Below, one piece after another: positions 26,919-42,510 of a DNA stretch of 64,000 nt (the first letter of the stretch is position 1; every line of letters starts with the position of its first letter). The notes under the pieces were generated by a model. It searched no databases and was not told the origin of the DNA. It was given only the letters and a program-made list of their open reading frames with translations. The position numbers and the translations under genes are program-made. Source of the DNA: Octopus vulgaris (taxonomy: Eukaryota); the NCBI GenBank assembly GCA_951406725.2, contig OX597821.1, forward strand, positions 21,390,001-21,454,000, read 5' to 3'.

Positions 26919-27034
26919 CATATATGTATCATATACATATTTATGTGTATTTGTATGTACATATGCATAAGTATACACACACATACACACATATATATAT
27001 ATATATATACATATGCATATATATATTTATGCGT

Positions 27035-27083
<49 letters not shown>

Positions 27084-27163
27084 TATATATACACATATAT
27101 TTATATATATAAATATATATATATCTACATATATAAATGTGTATATATATGTATGTCTTTATG

Positions 27164-27224
<61 letters not shown>

Positions 27225-27751
27225 CATGCATGTGTGCACGCAGGCATATTTACGTTTGCATGGGGTGGTATGTAAGCTTGTGAGTGTAGACAGTGGCAAT
27301 GAATTTCTACAATATTTTCTCATTGATTCATCTACGAATATGTAAGCAAATATGTGTATATGTGTGCAAGTTCGTGACTGTGTATATGTTCTAAGACTAT
27401 ATGTCGTAAGTCTATATGAACATACATATATGTATTTATGTATGTACATAATTTGGTAGGTGTGCAAATACCTATGTTTCATATATTACATACAGAAGTA
27501 GCCATAAATGTTCATATGCAAATTTATGCAGCAGCGTATGTATATGTACATATTTATGTATTATATGAATGTATGTGTTATTGTGTTATATAGGTGCAGT
27601 GCACTGGTATAAATTACATTCTTCTTATTTCTATGTATATATATTCATTTATGCGTATATAACCGTTCATTGTCCGCTTTTTCCGAACTATACACAAAAT
27701 GTTGAGAGAGGAAGGGATAAGCGAGTCGGTGGAGATACATGCATCGATATC

Positions 27752-28015
<264 letters not shown>

Positions 28016-28181
28016 TAACTGGGTTGATTGACCGATTGATTGATAGATACCGAGGGAAATGAAGGGAGGAAAGGTATATGGAGATAAACACAGAATGAGA
28101 TATGGATATTGATATATGAGAAATTTTATAACTTATTATTTTACGTCCAGCATTATAAACACCAATAACGCAGTCAATTTG

Positions 28182-28252
<71 letters not shown>

Positions 28253-28659
28253 TATGTATGTGTGTGTGTGCGCGCGCGTGTATATATACTTTTCGAGTAA
28301 GAATATATGTATGGGTGTCTATATATTGCATGTTTTAGTATTTCTTTTATTATTGTTGTTTAAACTGTATATATATTCATATATTCATAAAACCCAACTA
28401 AATATATCCATATCGCAGATGTTTATTATAGGTAGATACTGTTATTTTGCTCACCCCTCCCAAACTATTGAAGCATATAGAATAGTGTGTGTCTTTGAAT
28501 ATCGAACACAAGGTTTGGGTGTTTGCAATGATGCCAAAATATTCGATCATATCTACGTATCGATCTATCTACCTATCTGCGACCCTTCATGTACAAGTAT
28601 CCATATACAAGTATGTATATGTCTATATATATCTGTATAGTTATATATGCATATATATG

Positions 28660-28718
<59 letters not shown>

Positions 28719-29473
28719 GTGTGTGTGTACGTGGTATATGTCCGTGTGTATAGAAACTGCGCGCGCTTACACCAAAGTGATACGTACTTCAAAGTAAAAT
28801 ATTCTCATACAGTACAAATGCACCCTCTCTCAGATTTCTGTTGGCGCCATAAATTCCTTTTAATAGAAGAGAACTAACAACATATTAATAGAATTTATTG
28901 TTGCCCCTACTTATTCTTCTGTGTTCCTTCTGTGTTTATGTATAACTGATATTTATAGTTGAATAAATGACAGAATTTGCTAGCCTTTTTGAAACTATAT
29001 CGAAGTATATTGAAATTAAGATATTCAAAGGTAATGTAAGAATGCATATTCAGTTATCCCTATATGCCACAATTAATGGCAGTTTTTTTATGATTTCATC
29101 TTAAGACGCAGCTCTTATGGTGTTTCTTACAAGTAAAAGTACGGATCAAATAATGCCAGATTTTAATTGGCACCCATCGGCTCACCAGAACTACCTACAT
29201 GCCAATACATTACTGGAAGGATAAGGAATAACTTAACTCAATATCGTTCTACAGCCACGCATGATAATACCAGCGTATGTTTTGTAGTAGTAAATATTAT
29301 CGCCTGTAATATCTGAAATGAATGTTGTTAATAAATAACTACGTGAGTGTAAAAAGGATTTCTGTAGAGATTTGGTCAGTATTTTATGATTGTTTATGCA
29401 ATTATCATAACGGCAAATCTATATAAGTATTGAAGTGTAAGAAGGAATTTATTGCTACGTATGTATGCGCAGG

Positions 29474-30063
29474 CGCAGGCACACACGCTGTCATGATTGT
29501 GGGGTTAAGAATCTTGCTTTGCATCCATACGTTTTCGGGTTCAGTCCCACCGTAGTGCACTTTCAACATATGTTTTCTATAGCCCCCAAGCCGACCAATG
29601 TCTGGGGAATGGATTTGGTAAACGGAAGGCGTGGAAAACCGTCATGTACATGTATGCAAGTGTGTATGCACATATGCATGTATTTATGCAAGTATATTTA
29701 TACGTACGAATATGTGTGTGTACGTATGTATATATGTATATACATACATGTATGTATGTATGTATGTGTATATACATACATGTATGTATGTATGTATGTA
29801 TGTATGTATGAATGTATGTATGTATGTATGTATGTATGTGTGTGTATGTTTGTGTCCTTGTTTGTCCCACCACTTCCATCATTGCTTGACAACCGATGTT
29901 GGTGCGTTTGCGTCCCTGTAATTTAGCTGTTCAGCAGAAGATACTGATAGAATAAGCACTAGACTTACAGGGAAGATTTTCAGGAGTCAATTTCTTTGAC
30001 TAAAGGGTGGTGTTCCAGCATGGCCACCGTGAAATGACTGAAACAAGTAAACGAATAAAAGAA
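29474..30063 (+). mobile_element. Older, diverged SINE family A with an expanded internal microsatellite
   Basis: Head, gggttcagtccc B box, ttgcttgacaaccgatg and actgaaacaagtaa tail are recognisable. Confidence 0.8.
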
Positions 30064-30212
30064 TAGCAGAAAAACGTTCGGTACCACTAAAGGTTCTTTG
30101 AATATGTGCGATGTATTTTAAGGTTAAAAATTAATTCTGTTAACGTTTGTTTTGTTTTCATTTTGCTTTTGAGATAGCTTTCAGTACATGAAAAGATATT
30201 ACCATGAAGACA

Positions 30213-30420
30213 ACGAGCTGGCAGAATGGTAAGCACGCCGGGCGAAATGACTAGCGGCATTTCGTCCGCCTTTACATTTCGAGTTCAAGTTCCATTGGGG
30301 TCGACTTTGCCTTTCATCCTTACGAGATTGATGAAAAAAAGTATCAGTTGAACACTGGGAACGATTTAATCGACTTCCTCTCTCCCCCAAAACTTGCTCG
30401 TCTTGTGCCAAAAGTTGAAA
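30213..30420 (+). mobile_element. SINE family C (diverged)
   Basis: cgagctggcagaa...gcacgccgggcgaaatg...gtcgactttgcctttcatcc. Confidence 0.8.
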
Positions 30421-30751
30421 CCAAGATTTGAAGGTGTCTTGTACAACCTTTTATCATTGCAAACATCAATATCTGTTCTATGTTGTATGGATTTTAATTT
30501 CAATTCATCTTTCTTTAACACTGGTATTTGTGTGTTTGATTGAATTAGGGGCTTATAAGTCCAATGTAAATAACTTCTTAATAACAAACAGTATTTTCTT
30601 CTGAGTTTTATAACTCATTGAGAAAAAGTATTTGGTATTCATGGTTTCAATAGATATAGGGTGATAACAAAGTAGCAAATAAAGTAATCAATCAAGCAAA
30701 CTAACCGGACAAAATAGTGGCACCTAATTTAGATGGTACTCGATATGTCTA

Positions 30752-31018
30752 GTGGAGGCGCGTGGCTTAGTGGTTAGGGTGTCAGCATCATGATCGTAAG
30801 ATTGTGGTTTCGATTCCTGAACCGGGCGACGCGTCGTGTTCTTGACCAAAACACTTCATTTTACGTTGCGCAAGTCCACTCAGCTGGCAAAAATGAGTAA
30901 CACTGCGATGGACTGACGTCCCGTCCAGCTCGGAAACACATACGCCATTGAAACTGGGAAACCGGGCCCATGAGTCTGGCTTGGCTTTAAAAGGGCGCAT
31001 TTATTTATTTATTTATTT
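30752..31018 (+). mobile_element. SINE family B' (tRNA head plus CORE-like central domain)
   Basis: tRNA head, then gtgttcttgaccaaaacacttcattt... and an (ATTT)n tail. Confidence 0.85.
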
Positions 31019-31533
31019 CGATATGTCTAACTGGGATGTGGAGGAAATGGTGTTAGTAATGACGGTGTTGTAGTAAGCAATAATCTGTTTCACCATTCAT
31101 TAAATATTCTGTCAGAGGATTTCAGTGCATATGTATCGCACCCAGACTCTTACCTTTTAGGGTTCTGTAACAATTGTGCTACAGTTGGTGCGACTTCAAC
31201 AACGATAAATCGAGATGAAAGACCCTCCAACAGTGACCGCTCGTTTATATGATGGTGATATATAATTTCAGAGAATTTCACCAAGATCTCTTATAGGCCC
31301 ATGCATGGCTGTGTGGTAAACGTTTTGCTCTCCAGTTATGTGGTTTCGTGTCCTCTCCCGCAGCGTAGCATCTTCGGCAAGATTATTTTGATATAGACTC
31401 CATCCGTCCAAAGCTTTATGAGCGAAATTATTGAAAGAAGGGAATTGAGAGAAGCCTGTAAGGCAAAGCAGCTAAAATATTATGCAGCTATTTTGTTCCC
31501 TATTCTTCTGCATATACATAAATACAAGTGTAA

Positions 31534-31586
<53 letters not shown>

Positions 31587-32089
31587 TATATAAATGTGTA
31601 GGGGTAATATACTATAACCATACATATGAATACACACTCTCACACATAGATACACACAAACGCACACATAGACACACACACACACAAACACACACAGACA
31701 CATGTATATTCATATGTAAAGTGAAGTAAAACCTTCGTTTTAACAGGCTATATCAATGCTCTTTGTCATTACCCAATGTCGGCAATGATAGCGCAGATCA
31801 AGTATCAGGGCTGAGGTATCACTGAAACCTTGATACCTCTTGTCTTTTGCAGACATCATGTACTCTGATGCATTCTCCAAATTATTCATTTGAACAAAGT
31901 GTTTAATGTTTTGAAGGAGAATCTATAACTTTGGCTATTAACTCACGTTACAATTCAGAATCCCATTTGCATTACTCTAAATAGGATTCACGGAATGATA
32001 CACGTTATCACTGTAACAACATTGTGTTGTTAACTGATGAATGCCTCAATAAGCTTTATTTCTGAGTTCCGTTTCTACTATGTGCATAA

Positions 32090-32233
32090 TATAAGGTTGA
32101 CCCAAAAGTTCGTAGAAAGTCTTGGAAAATAATGATCTTTATTTCGAGGAATAATTTTTGTTGTTTTTGTTAGTACTTGGTGAGTAAAAATTCAATTTTC
32201 GCAAGTGTTTACGAACTTTTGGGACAACGTAAT
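32090..32233. mobile_element. Mariner-type MITE (about 140 bp)
   Basis: TIRs ggttgacccaaaagttcgta / tacgaacttttgggacaac with TA flanks. The TIR resembles that of the 36638 element. Confidence 0.75.
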
Positions 32234-32822
32234 AATAATTTATACATGAAATAAATAAAAACTAACACCTTGTATATATAAAAAAATAGGAAGATATAGA
32301 AACCATTTAACTATGTAGGCGCCTGAAATATAAAGGTTTCTTGTAAAACTTTCTGCATTGTTTGGAACTTTCTACATGTTGCCTTTCTCTTTTCTTCTGA
32401 CTTTAGAACTTAAACGCTCAAGCGAACTTAAACTCAAGCGAACTTATACGCTCTTAATACTCTTTCTTATTCGATGTAGAATCTTTTGCTCGTAGGCCTC
32501 TAAATATCATGATCGCTACCTCTTACGAATTTAGCCCTTACGTAGATTCTAGGCTTGGTGCCTTACACTTCTTTTGTAATCGGACTAAAAGCATGCAACT
32601 CGAAGAGTTTTACACGAACGAATCGTCCCCAGAACCTATTTTGCTTGGAGTCTGGTTACTTATTTAATTGATTTTCTTTGCTGAACCGATTCGCTGCTTT
32701 TACAGGGACGAAGAAAAGTTAACTCCAGCTGGTGGTCAAGCAGTGTGTGTATGTATATATGTGTGCATGTATGTATGTATGTATGTATGTATGTATGTAT
32801 GTATGTATGTATGTATGTATGC

Positions 32823-32863
<41 letters not shown>

Positions 32864-35115
32864 TGTAGGTGTGCATGTGTATGAATATATCATAAATATA
32901 CATATATATATGTATTTGCACACGTACACAATCATACATACACATACATACAATCACTTAGGCGCGCGCGCGCAACACACACAGACATATATACTGGATG
33001 GAAATGAGAGACAGAGATAGGCAGACAGAGGAAGAATGACAGTAAGGCAAAGAAACAGACAAAATGTCAGAGAGCAATGGCGAGAGAGAGAAAGAGAAAG
33101 ATTGAGACAGAGACAGGGAGAGAGAGAGAGATAGCAATTCATTGTAAAGCATAAGGCAAGATAGTACCGCCGTTTGATATTAAAGACTAACAACTTGTCT
33201 GTTAATAGATTCTATACAATAAACGGCTATTATTTCGATTGTGAGTTAGATAAATCGAATATTGAATGTCGGAAAGAAGCCCCTTGGTTGCATGAATGCA
33301 ACGGAAATAAGCGAAACTCAATCGAACAGTGCCTCATTGTTGGGGATTCGTCAATTGAAAGTTCTCAGTTCGTTTGTTTCTGGTCTGATGTTTATCATAG
33401 TGTTTTTTTTATGGGCTTTTTTCTGGCATTCGCTTTCTTTCATTCTTTTTTATTTAGTCATCTATTTATTTATTTATTCGTCTTCGTTTTCGTCTGTTTT
33501 ATACTGCTATTTCGTAGAGTATGTAATTTGTGATACGGTGAGAGGGAAAGCACAGCATATACATATATACACACACTCACACACTCACACATACAACACA
33601 CACACACACATATATATGTATATATATATATATATATAAGTATGTATATATGTATTATATATGTATACACACACATATGTGTGTGTATATGTATATATTT
33701 ATGTATATATATATATGTATGTATATATATATATTTATATATATATGTATATATATGTGTGTATATATATGTATGTTCATATATATGTATATATATATAT
33801 ATATGTCTGTATGTATATATATATATATATATATACATATATAGACGTGAAAGCTTTTGTAACCTATTTTCTTCGCTTCGTGTGAATGTCTCTCAGTATA
33901 TCTTTCTGGGTTTTGTATATGGGTGTGTGAGTGTGTGTGTAACTTCGCGTAGCTCCTTACTGCGTGTGTTCATATATGTATGCATCCATGCAATGCATGT
34001 ATATGTGTGTGCACTGTCGTCCTATTACTGCATGTTCCACTTATTCAAAATTCATTCCTTTGCTCTATTTGCTGCTAGTTTTTTAAGCCTTTTTTTAAGA
34101 ATCATTTTCCTTTTTTCCATAATTCTATATTCTTTTTTTTATAAGATGATTCATAAAGTTTCATATACATTATTCTGTTTTATATGTTTTCTTTCACATG
34201 TTGTGGTTGCCATACACATTCATGAACTCAGGCATATAAACACACTCACAGTCAAGCAAGTACATATGCGCACATAAATACACATTGACGTCCATATACA
34301 CTCATACATAAACACACACACAAACACACACACCACCTAAGACATATAGACATGTATGTATATATGTATATATTTGAGTTTGTGTTTTGTGCGTATATAC
34401 TTGTGTGTGCTTGTGTGGTGTGCTTCTATGTTGTGTGTTTGTGTGTCTGTGCATGTAAGTAGAGTTCAGCTTGTCTTACAAATACTTTTAACATTTCTTT
34501 AAAGATTTTTCATATTTTCAACCCTTCGTATCAAACTGAAAATCGACGTTTCCAAGTCCCTTAGTTCATTAATGTTACAAAACTCAATTGTTGTTCTCAT
34601 ATTCAAATAACAGTAAAAATATAGTGCTGTCTATGCGCTTCGCAGTAGGTCGCAAACGATCATGAGAATATTCCTATATCTGATAAAATCATCATCGCCT
34701 ATAGTGCTATTATTAAAACATCTACATTTATTCTTTCATTTCTCTGGATATACATAAATATAAATATATATTAATATAATGTGTGTGTGTATATATATAT
34801 ACACACATTTTGTTTGCGCAGTCAGCTAATATTTTTCTATGTAATTTTATTTTATGTGCCATTTATATTGAATTGTATTGTTTAACTCGTGTAAATACAT
34901 GGAAAAGTTACACGTACAAGTGAACGAAAGAGAAAGAGAGACGGAGGGAGAGAGAGAGAGAGAGAGACATCTGTATACATATATATGATGCAACACATTC
35001 AGTCGTGTTCGCTACATATTTTATTTTGAAATTTAGGTTTCCAACGGGGAATGTACTTAGGTGTCTGGTGTCTGATTATATATACACACAGTTATATTCA
35101 CCTTCGTATGTATCT

Positions 35116-35205
<90 letters not shown>

Positions 35206-35263
35206 AGATATGTATATATGTGTGTATGTAATTTTCTACAAGATATATACATATATATACGTG

Positions 35264-35296
<33 letters not shown>

Positions 35297-35325
35297 GTGT
35301 GTGTGTGTCTCTGTAGATAGATAGG

Positions 35326-35400
<75 letters not shown>

Positions 35401-35419
35401 ATAAATAAATAAATAAGTA

Positions 35420-35905
35420 AATGCAGTTAAATGCCCGTGTTATCCAAATCCTTATACTTTCAACGTATGTTTCGAAGAAAACATTCCAGGAGAAATAAAA
35501 GCATGTAAAACAATGCAATCTTCTCATCAGGGAAAAAAAGAGAAGCAAAATTCATCAGTAAGATATTTTGACCGAATGTTATTACTGCAGTAATCCTGCT
35601 CTGTTAAAATGTCTTACTGCTGCGTTGTTTTACATCATTTTATTCCGACTGGAATAATACCAATGTTTTCTTCGAAACATATGTCGGAAGTATAAAGATT
35701 TGAATAAGACCTGCGTTTAACTCAATCTATTTATCTATCTGTCTGTCTATCTATCTATCATGTCATACAAAAACATGTCACCAAGACCTGGAATTTCTAC
35801 CTTATATAAGTAGGCTGTTGCACCCTTGTTACTTACGTGAGTCTTTGATATCTTGATAACTGTTTATTTTTTCCGTGTTATTTGTAAACATTGATAAAAT
35901 ACACG
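35420..35905. mobile_element. Inverted pair of Penelope-like terminal repeats carrying a hammerhead
   Basis: 35420-35572 is the reverse complement of 35605-35730. The + arm continues into the family 3' end shared with 47724-48005. Confidence 0.75.
35458..35534 (-). ncRNA. Type I hammerhead ribozyme motif, intact core
   Basis: Minus strand TTCC-CTGATGA-GAAGA...TCTTC-GAAA-CATACG-TT-GAAA. The sister arm supplies the consensus GAAA-CATATG-TC-GGAA. Confidence 0.7.
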
Positions 35906-36637
35906 TACATTTATATATATACGTGTGTTTCTTTGTGTGTCTCTGATACTCTCTTCACTATAGCTTAACCTATATCGGTGTGTTTATCCTATATCGGTGT
36001 GTTTAACCTATATTGGTGTGTTTATGTCCCCGTAACCAAAAATTCTGGGGGCGATTTCTTCGACTAAAGGCGGTGCTCCAGCATGGCAGCATTCAAATTA
36101 CTGAAACAAGTAAAAGAGTATAATAGTTTTATATGTATATATATGTATGGTTATGCATACATACATATACATACATACAGGAATCAGACGATGATTCATT
36201 CTGGCGCTACACACAGTTTCGTCCGTGCACTAAATGTTAGATCGATGAAACATTACTTATTTATCTCCTTTTTTTATTTACCTATTTGAATAATTGAATA
36301 AGGCCTTGTTCTCAATCCTACAGCGAGGCTGATTTACACTGGTAGAGCAGGGCACGTTTCCGAAAAATGTTAAGACTTGATATATTGTTATTGCTGACCG
36401 AGCTGCTATTGTGCAAGGGAAATCACCTGCATGAAACATTTGATCGAAAAGGTGAGACAGTTCCTACGCGATGGGGATGTAATAATTATCGCTTATATTT
36501 GAATCAGTATTTATATTATAGGGTGTATAACATATGTCCTAAAATGTTACTTCTCATGACGACAACTATAATATAATATATCGTATCACTAGTTTTATCA
36601 CCGTCTGTTTTATTAGATGGTACTTTTCAACTAAGTT

Positions 36638-37211
36638 TTGGGTTATCCGGAAAGTTGGTGCCGATTTATAGTAGCTTACATTTCGACTTATTTTAGAACA
36701 TGTTTGAGTCCATAAAATAGGATTCGACTACACCTCCATTTAGAGCACAGTTTAAGCTATCTTTTCGTGTTAGAAGGTTTATGTTCCTATAACCTTTGTT
36801 AATTCTGTAACCCTATAAGATGGAAGATAAGAAAGTTCATTTTCGGCACTTGATGCTTTTCTTTTTCCGTAAAGGGAAATGTGACTCCCAATCAACCAAA
36901 GAAGTATGTGCAGTTTAAGGTGATGTTTCTTTATCAGAAAGAAATGTACGGAAATGGTTCGCAAGGTTCCGAGCTGGAGATTGTAGCCTTATTGATAAAG
37001 AACGATCAAGCAGCCCATCCTCTACAGATGATGACCAAATCAAGTCATTAATTGAGAATAACCCCCATTGTACAACTCGAGAATTGGTAGAAAGCCTCAG
37101 CCTATAAGAATCCGTCGTTCATGAGCACCTGGTATAGCTTGGGTAATGGCAAATATTTATTGACCTTTTTCTTTCCTTTAAAAATCGGCACGAACTTTCC
37201 GGACAACCCAA
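36638..37211 (+). mobile_element. Internally deleted mariner element with both TIRs
   Basis: TIRs ttgggttatccggaaagttggtgccgattt / aaatcggcacgaactttccggacaacccaa+TA. HTH relic WFARFRAGDCSLIDKERS...IENNPHCTTRELVESL. Confidence 0.88.
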
Positions 37212-37568
37212 TATTAGTCTGTAGTTTCAGGTCTACTTAATGTATGATGCGGCATTTTCAATGATGTTAAATTGCACAGGTACACATTTTCTCGCGGTTT
37301 CAAAGTTTCAAGATGAATTTAGAGAAGGCTTTGTTCTTCTCCCAAGTGATGACACGAATGAGTTTCTATGGCGGTAATGATTACTTTTGAAAATGTTTGT
37401 TGTGTGGCGATTATTGATTTTCTGTAAATTATTACTTTAGGAACGCACCATCCTTTGAATGTGTAGGTAGGATGGTTCTGTGGTTACCAATTAATTACTG
37501 AGATACAGACGCTCTAATTCTGCATTTTGCTATACTTAGATACACACAAGTACATACATATTTGTACT

Positions 37569-37606
<38 letters not shown>

Positions 37607-37633
37607 TATGTATGTTTGTATGTGTCTATTTAA

Positions 37634-37699
<66 letters not shown>

Positions 37700-37723
37700 G
37701 TATATGTATATGTATATATGTAT

Positions 37724-37792
<69 letters not shown>

Positions 37793-38016
37793 GTCTATTC
37801 ATGCATGCTTACATTCAGGTATGAATACTATTTTATGGAAGGTCGGAGATAGAAAGTGAAACAATTGTTTTGGGAGATAATTTTTCGGCATTCGGTTTTG
37901 GCCAACGAACATTCTCTTTGACAAATGTTCACCCATATTACATCTCACCGACGTTCTAGCATTTGTCATCGATTATTTAGCTATATATCTCTATACATGT
38001 ATTTCTCTCCCCCCTC

Positions 38017-38097
<81 letters not shown>

Positions 38098-39042
38098 TTC
38101 TCTCTTACTCTCTTTCCCTCCCTACATATGTTTGGGTGTGCGTTTGTATGTGTGTGTATGTGTGTATGTGCATGCCAGTTTATGTGTGTGTGTCTGTGTA
38201 TGAGTGAGTATGTGCGCGTGTGTGTGTGTTGGTTGGTTCGTTCGTTCGTTCGTTCGCTTTTTCGTTCAGTGGACTACGTTTACGTAACCAAGCAGTTCAG
38301 CAAATGATAGCAGCATCAAAACTACCAGATTTCTTTTAATTACGTACTGGGGTCAATAATATCTACTAAACCCTTCAATTTTCTACCTGAACATGGCTGC
38401 TAGTAACTGAGGAAAGTAAGTTAAAGAGAAAGAAATAAGGCGAAGAATCATTGGTGAAAGATTATTATCAAAAGCTCTGCCACATCTAATCGTAAAAGAC
38501 GTAATACTACTATTTGAAACAGAAAGAAAAATAATACAGTGCTAGGCACTAGCTTCTTTGGATGTGTGAAATATTCCCCCAGCATGATGTCCAGAGTATA
38601 AATAGAAAACTTATATGAAAATTAAGGCTTCATTAGACAGGTTCCACGTTTAAATATACACCAAAAGTTATTGGTTATGTTAGAAATTCTCGAAGCAGAA
38701 GAGTTTTCAGTCAAAATCGTGTCCGTTATACATATAATGTGTAAACGGTAAAAATATCCAACGCATTTTTCCAGATGAACGTGAAACTTTTCCTCGTTAT
38801 TATTAACGGATATTACTCAATGGACGTTGCTTCTTTGTTAAAATCTCTCATTCTCTCTATTTTCCTCTTTCTCTCGCTCCCTCTGTCTCTCCCTCCCTCT
38901 CTCTCTCTCTCCCTTCCTTTTTCTTGCACCGTCGCTTACCAAATACACCCACACATACAGACAGACAGACATGCACACATGCATACACCAGATTCGTCGT
39001 TATGTGAAAATGTTCAAACACTTAAAAGAAATTGGTTAGATA

Positions 39043-39436
39043 AGGCGCAGGAGTGGCTGTGTGGTAAGTAGCTTGTTTACCAGCCCACATGGTTCCGGGT
39101 TCAGTCCCACTGCGTGGCATCTTGGGCAAGTGTCTTCTGCTATAGCTCCGGGCCGACCAATGCCTTGTGAGTGGATTTGGTAGACGGGAACTGAAAGAAG
39201 CCTGTCGTATATATGTATATATGTGTGTGTGTGTCTGTGTTTGTCCCCCTAGCATTGCTTGACAACAGATGCTGGTGTGTTTACGTCTCCATCACTTAGC
39301 GGTTCGGCAAAAGGGACCGATAGAATAAGTACTGGGCTTACAAAGAATAAGTCTCGGGGTCGATTTGCTCGACTAAAGGCGGTGCTCCAGCATGGTCGCA
39401 GTCAAATGACTGAAACAAGTAAAAGAGTAAAAGAGT
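39043..39436 (+). mobile_element. Full-length SINE family A
   Basis: Near-identical to 18340-18760. Confidence 0.92.
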
Positions 39437-39485
39437 ATTCGTATTACTGTGGGCCAATCACCATTCCTTATGCATACCCACATTT

Positions 39486-39535
<50 letters not shown>

Positions 39536-39889
39536 GCAAACCGTTAAACATAGGTATAGACAGACAAAATAAAAAAAAAACAAGACATCCCTTCACCCAA
39601 ATCGCAATCAGTTGCAGTCATGTGTTTGCTGACGTCAGCACTATGCTTACCGATTGAGATTTTTATTGGCATCACATAGATGCAGGAGAACGGGGATGGT
39701 TTAGTTTCTTAGAGATGTCCCAAGACTAATTCTCAATCATTTATGTAATTGTGTTATTAGAAGCATTTCTATAAAGCGTATAAATAAATACTCGATCTAC
39801 AAAGGGTTACTGCAGCGCGTGCATAATGTGTGTGTATATATATACATAAAAAGAGGTATATATATATATATATGGATAGACAGATAGAT

Positions 39890-39929
<40 letters not shown>

Positions 39930-40339
39930 GGATGCATCCAGAGCTATATATATATATAGTAAGATAGAATTATACATTCATGTATACAATTATATACATA
40001 TCTGTACTTGTACATGGGCATGCGCACAGACTCATGTATACATATTACATAAATAGATTTTTCTTCCCTTCCAATATCTTTCATTAATGATACTTGTTTT
40101 CCTTTTGATTTCTCAATTACTTGGCGATTCCGTTTATAGTCTTCGTACAGAATTCTATGACAATTCCTTTCATAACAAGCACCATGCTTCATCTCCTCCT
40201 CCACCACCACCACCACAGACTAACAACGCCGCCATACCATAATTCTCCATGCAACAATATTCCTCACCAACTCACTTCATCTGCCATACGTTTTATTTAG
40301 CAGCCACCATTTCCGTTGCAATATGTATCTCTCACCAAT

Positions 40340-40342
<3 letters not shown>

Positions 40343-40415
<73 letters not shown>

Positions 40416-40451
40416 TTATCTCTCTCTCTCTTTCTCTCGCTCCCTCTCTCC

Positions 40452-40514
<63 letters not shown>

Positions 40515-40564
40515 CACCTACATATATATACACACACATACATAGGCATTCATGGATACATACA

Positions 40565-40598
<34 letters not shown>

Positions 40599-40676
40599 CA
40601 TACATACATACATGCATGCATACATACATTCATACATACATGCATACATACATACATACATACATACGTACATACA

Positions 40677-40710
<34 letters not shown>

Positions 40711-40946
40711 CATACATACATACATGCATGCATACATACATTCATACATACATACATGCATACATACATACATACATACATACGTACATACATACATACA
40801 TACATGCATACATACATACATACATACGTACATACATACATACATACATACATACATACATGCATACATACATACATATATACATACATACGTACATATA
40901 TACATACATACATACATACATACATACATACATACATACACATACA

Positions 40947-40982
<36 letters not shown>

Positions 40983-40995
40983 TACATATATATGT
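40343..40995. repeat. Compound (CT)n-(CTAT)n-(CATA)n microsatellite
   Basis: Direct reading. Source of the longest spurious ORFs. Confidence 0.96.
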
Positions 40996-41539
40996 TTATG
41001 TATCCGTTTTGTTCTTCGCATTGTAATTTTTGTTTTGTATTATGTTTTGCGTCCTTTTACTTTTTCGTTTATTATTGAAATTTATATTCACTGATACGCG
41101 TGCATATGGACGCATATGCACACCTCATCATCATCATCATCATCATCATCATCCCATATGTAGCTTTTTGCTTCTCCTTCGCACACCTCAATCTTTACCA
41201 CCACCACCATCGGCTCTACCATCATCTTTCATTAAACTGTGTTGATTCCACAACTCATAAGTATGTATACATATATATATATAAACATATATGTGTGTGT
41301 GTGTGTGTATGTGTGTATGTGTGTGTGTGTGTGTGTGTGTGTATTCACTCCACTTTCTATTTCATTCATAATTTCTGTCTGCATATGTCTTTCTCTCTCA
41401 CTCACTCCTTCCCCTTTTCTTTCACCCACTCTGCTCTCTCCTCTCTCTCCCTTCTCTCCTCTCTCTTCCTCTTGTCTCATATATTTTGAAGTTTCAGCCG
41501 CCATTTTACTACCGCTCACTTTCCTCATCCGATCACAAA

Positions 41540-42294
41540 CACTCGACTTTGCTACCGCCATCAACAACACCCCCACCGGTACCTATTCCACCGCCGCCGC
41601 CGCCTCCACCACCATCACCACAACAACAACATCGTCCTAAATCATTGCCATCATTACGACCACCAGCACCAACATCAACAGTATTATCATCAACAACCAC
41701 ATCACCATAACAACCACTACTGCCTCTGCTACCAGCGCCACTGCCGTCTCTCACACGACTATCCCTATGTGTCACAACATCCATCACTACATCTACACCT
41801 ACAATTTGGCACCAGTAACACTAGCACCGCAGCCATCACTAAAACGACCACCACACGTACTACTACTTCCACCAGTACCAAAAACACCACATCTATCAAC
41901 ACCGCAACCACAACGATCCTCCCAACTGTCGCCAACACTACCACCACTAACGTCAAATAAGATACCATCTCCACTACAATAATCACAACTACTACACAAC
42001 CACAAATACTTTCACGACCAGCAACAACTAATACATCCACTGCTACCATAAAGTCAACAATCAGGTACCATAGCAACCACAACCACCGCAAGAACTCCTA
42101 ATACTGCCAGAAGCACGAATACTAAAGTAACCATCATCATGACCACAACTACCACCTTAACCACAAATACAACAAGCGCCACAACTAGCATAGTACAACT
42201 AACTCTGTCGCCCACCGATATATCACCACCATCCTCATCACCACCAACAACCGTCTTTGCCACCAGCAACACTACCGACACAATACCTATTTCT
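41540..42294. repeat. Degenerate (ACC/ACT/ACA)n low-complexity tract
   Basis: C/A-rich triplet periodicity with stops and frame shifts. Confidence 0.8.
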
Positions 42295-42509
42295 TTACTA
42301 CCCACACGGGGCTAAACACAGAGAGGACAAACAAGGACAAACAAACGGATTAAGTCGATTATATCGACCCCAGTGCGTAACTGGTACTTAATTTATCGAC
42401 CCCGAAATGATGAAAGGTAAAGTCGACCTCGGCGGAATTTGAACTCAGAGCGTAACAACAGACGAAATACAGCTACGCATTTCGCCCGGCGTGCTAACGT
42501 TTCTGCCAG
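42295..42509 (-). mobile_element. SINE family C
   Basis: Reverse complement of 23086-23316. Confidence 0.9.
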
Positions 42510-42510
42510 A

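Noticed and set aside
31835-31910. Possible coding exon after the acceptor ttgtcttttgcag
   Set aside because: No convincing donor, early stops in the frames I read and no recognisable peptide.
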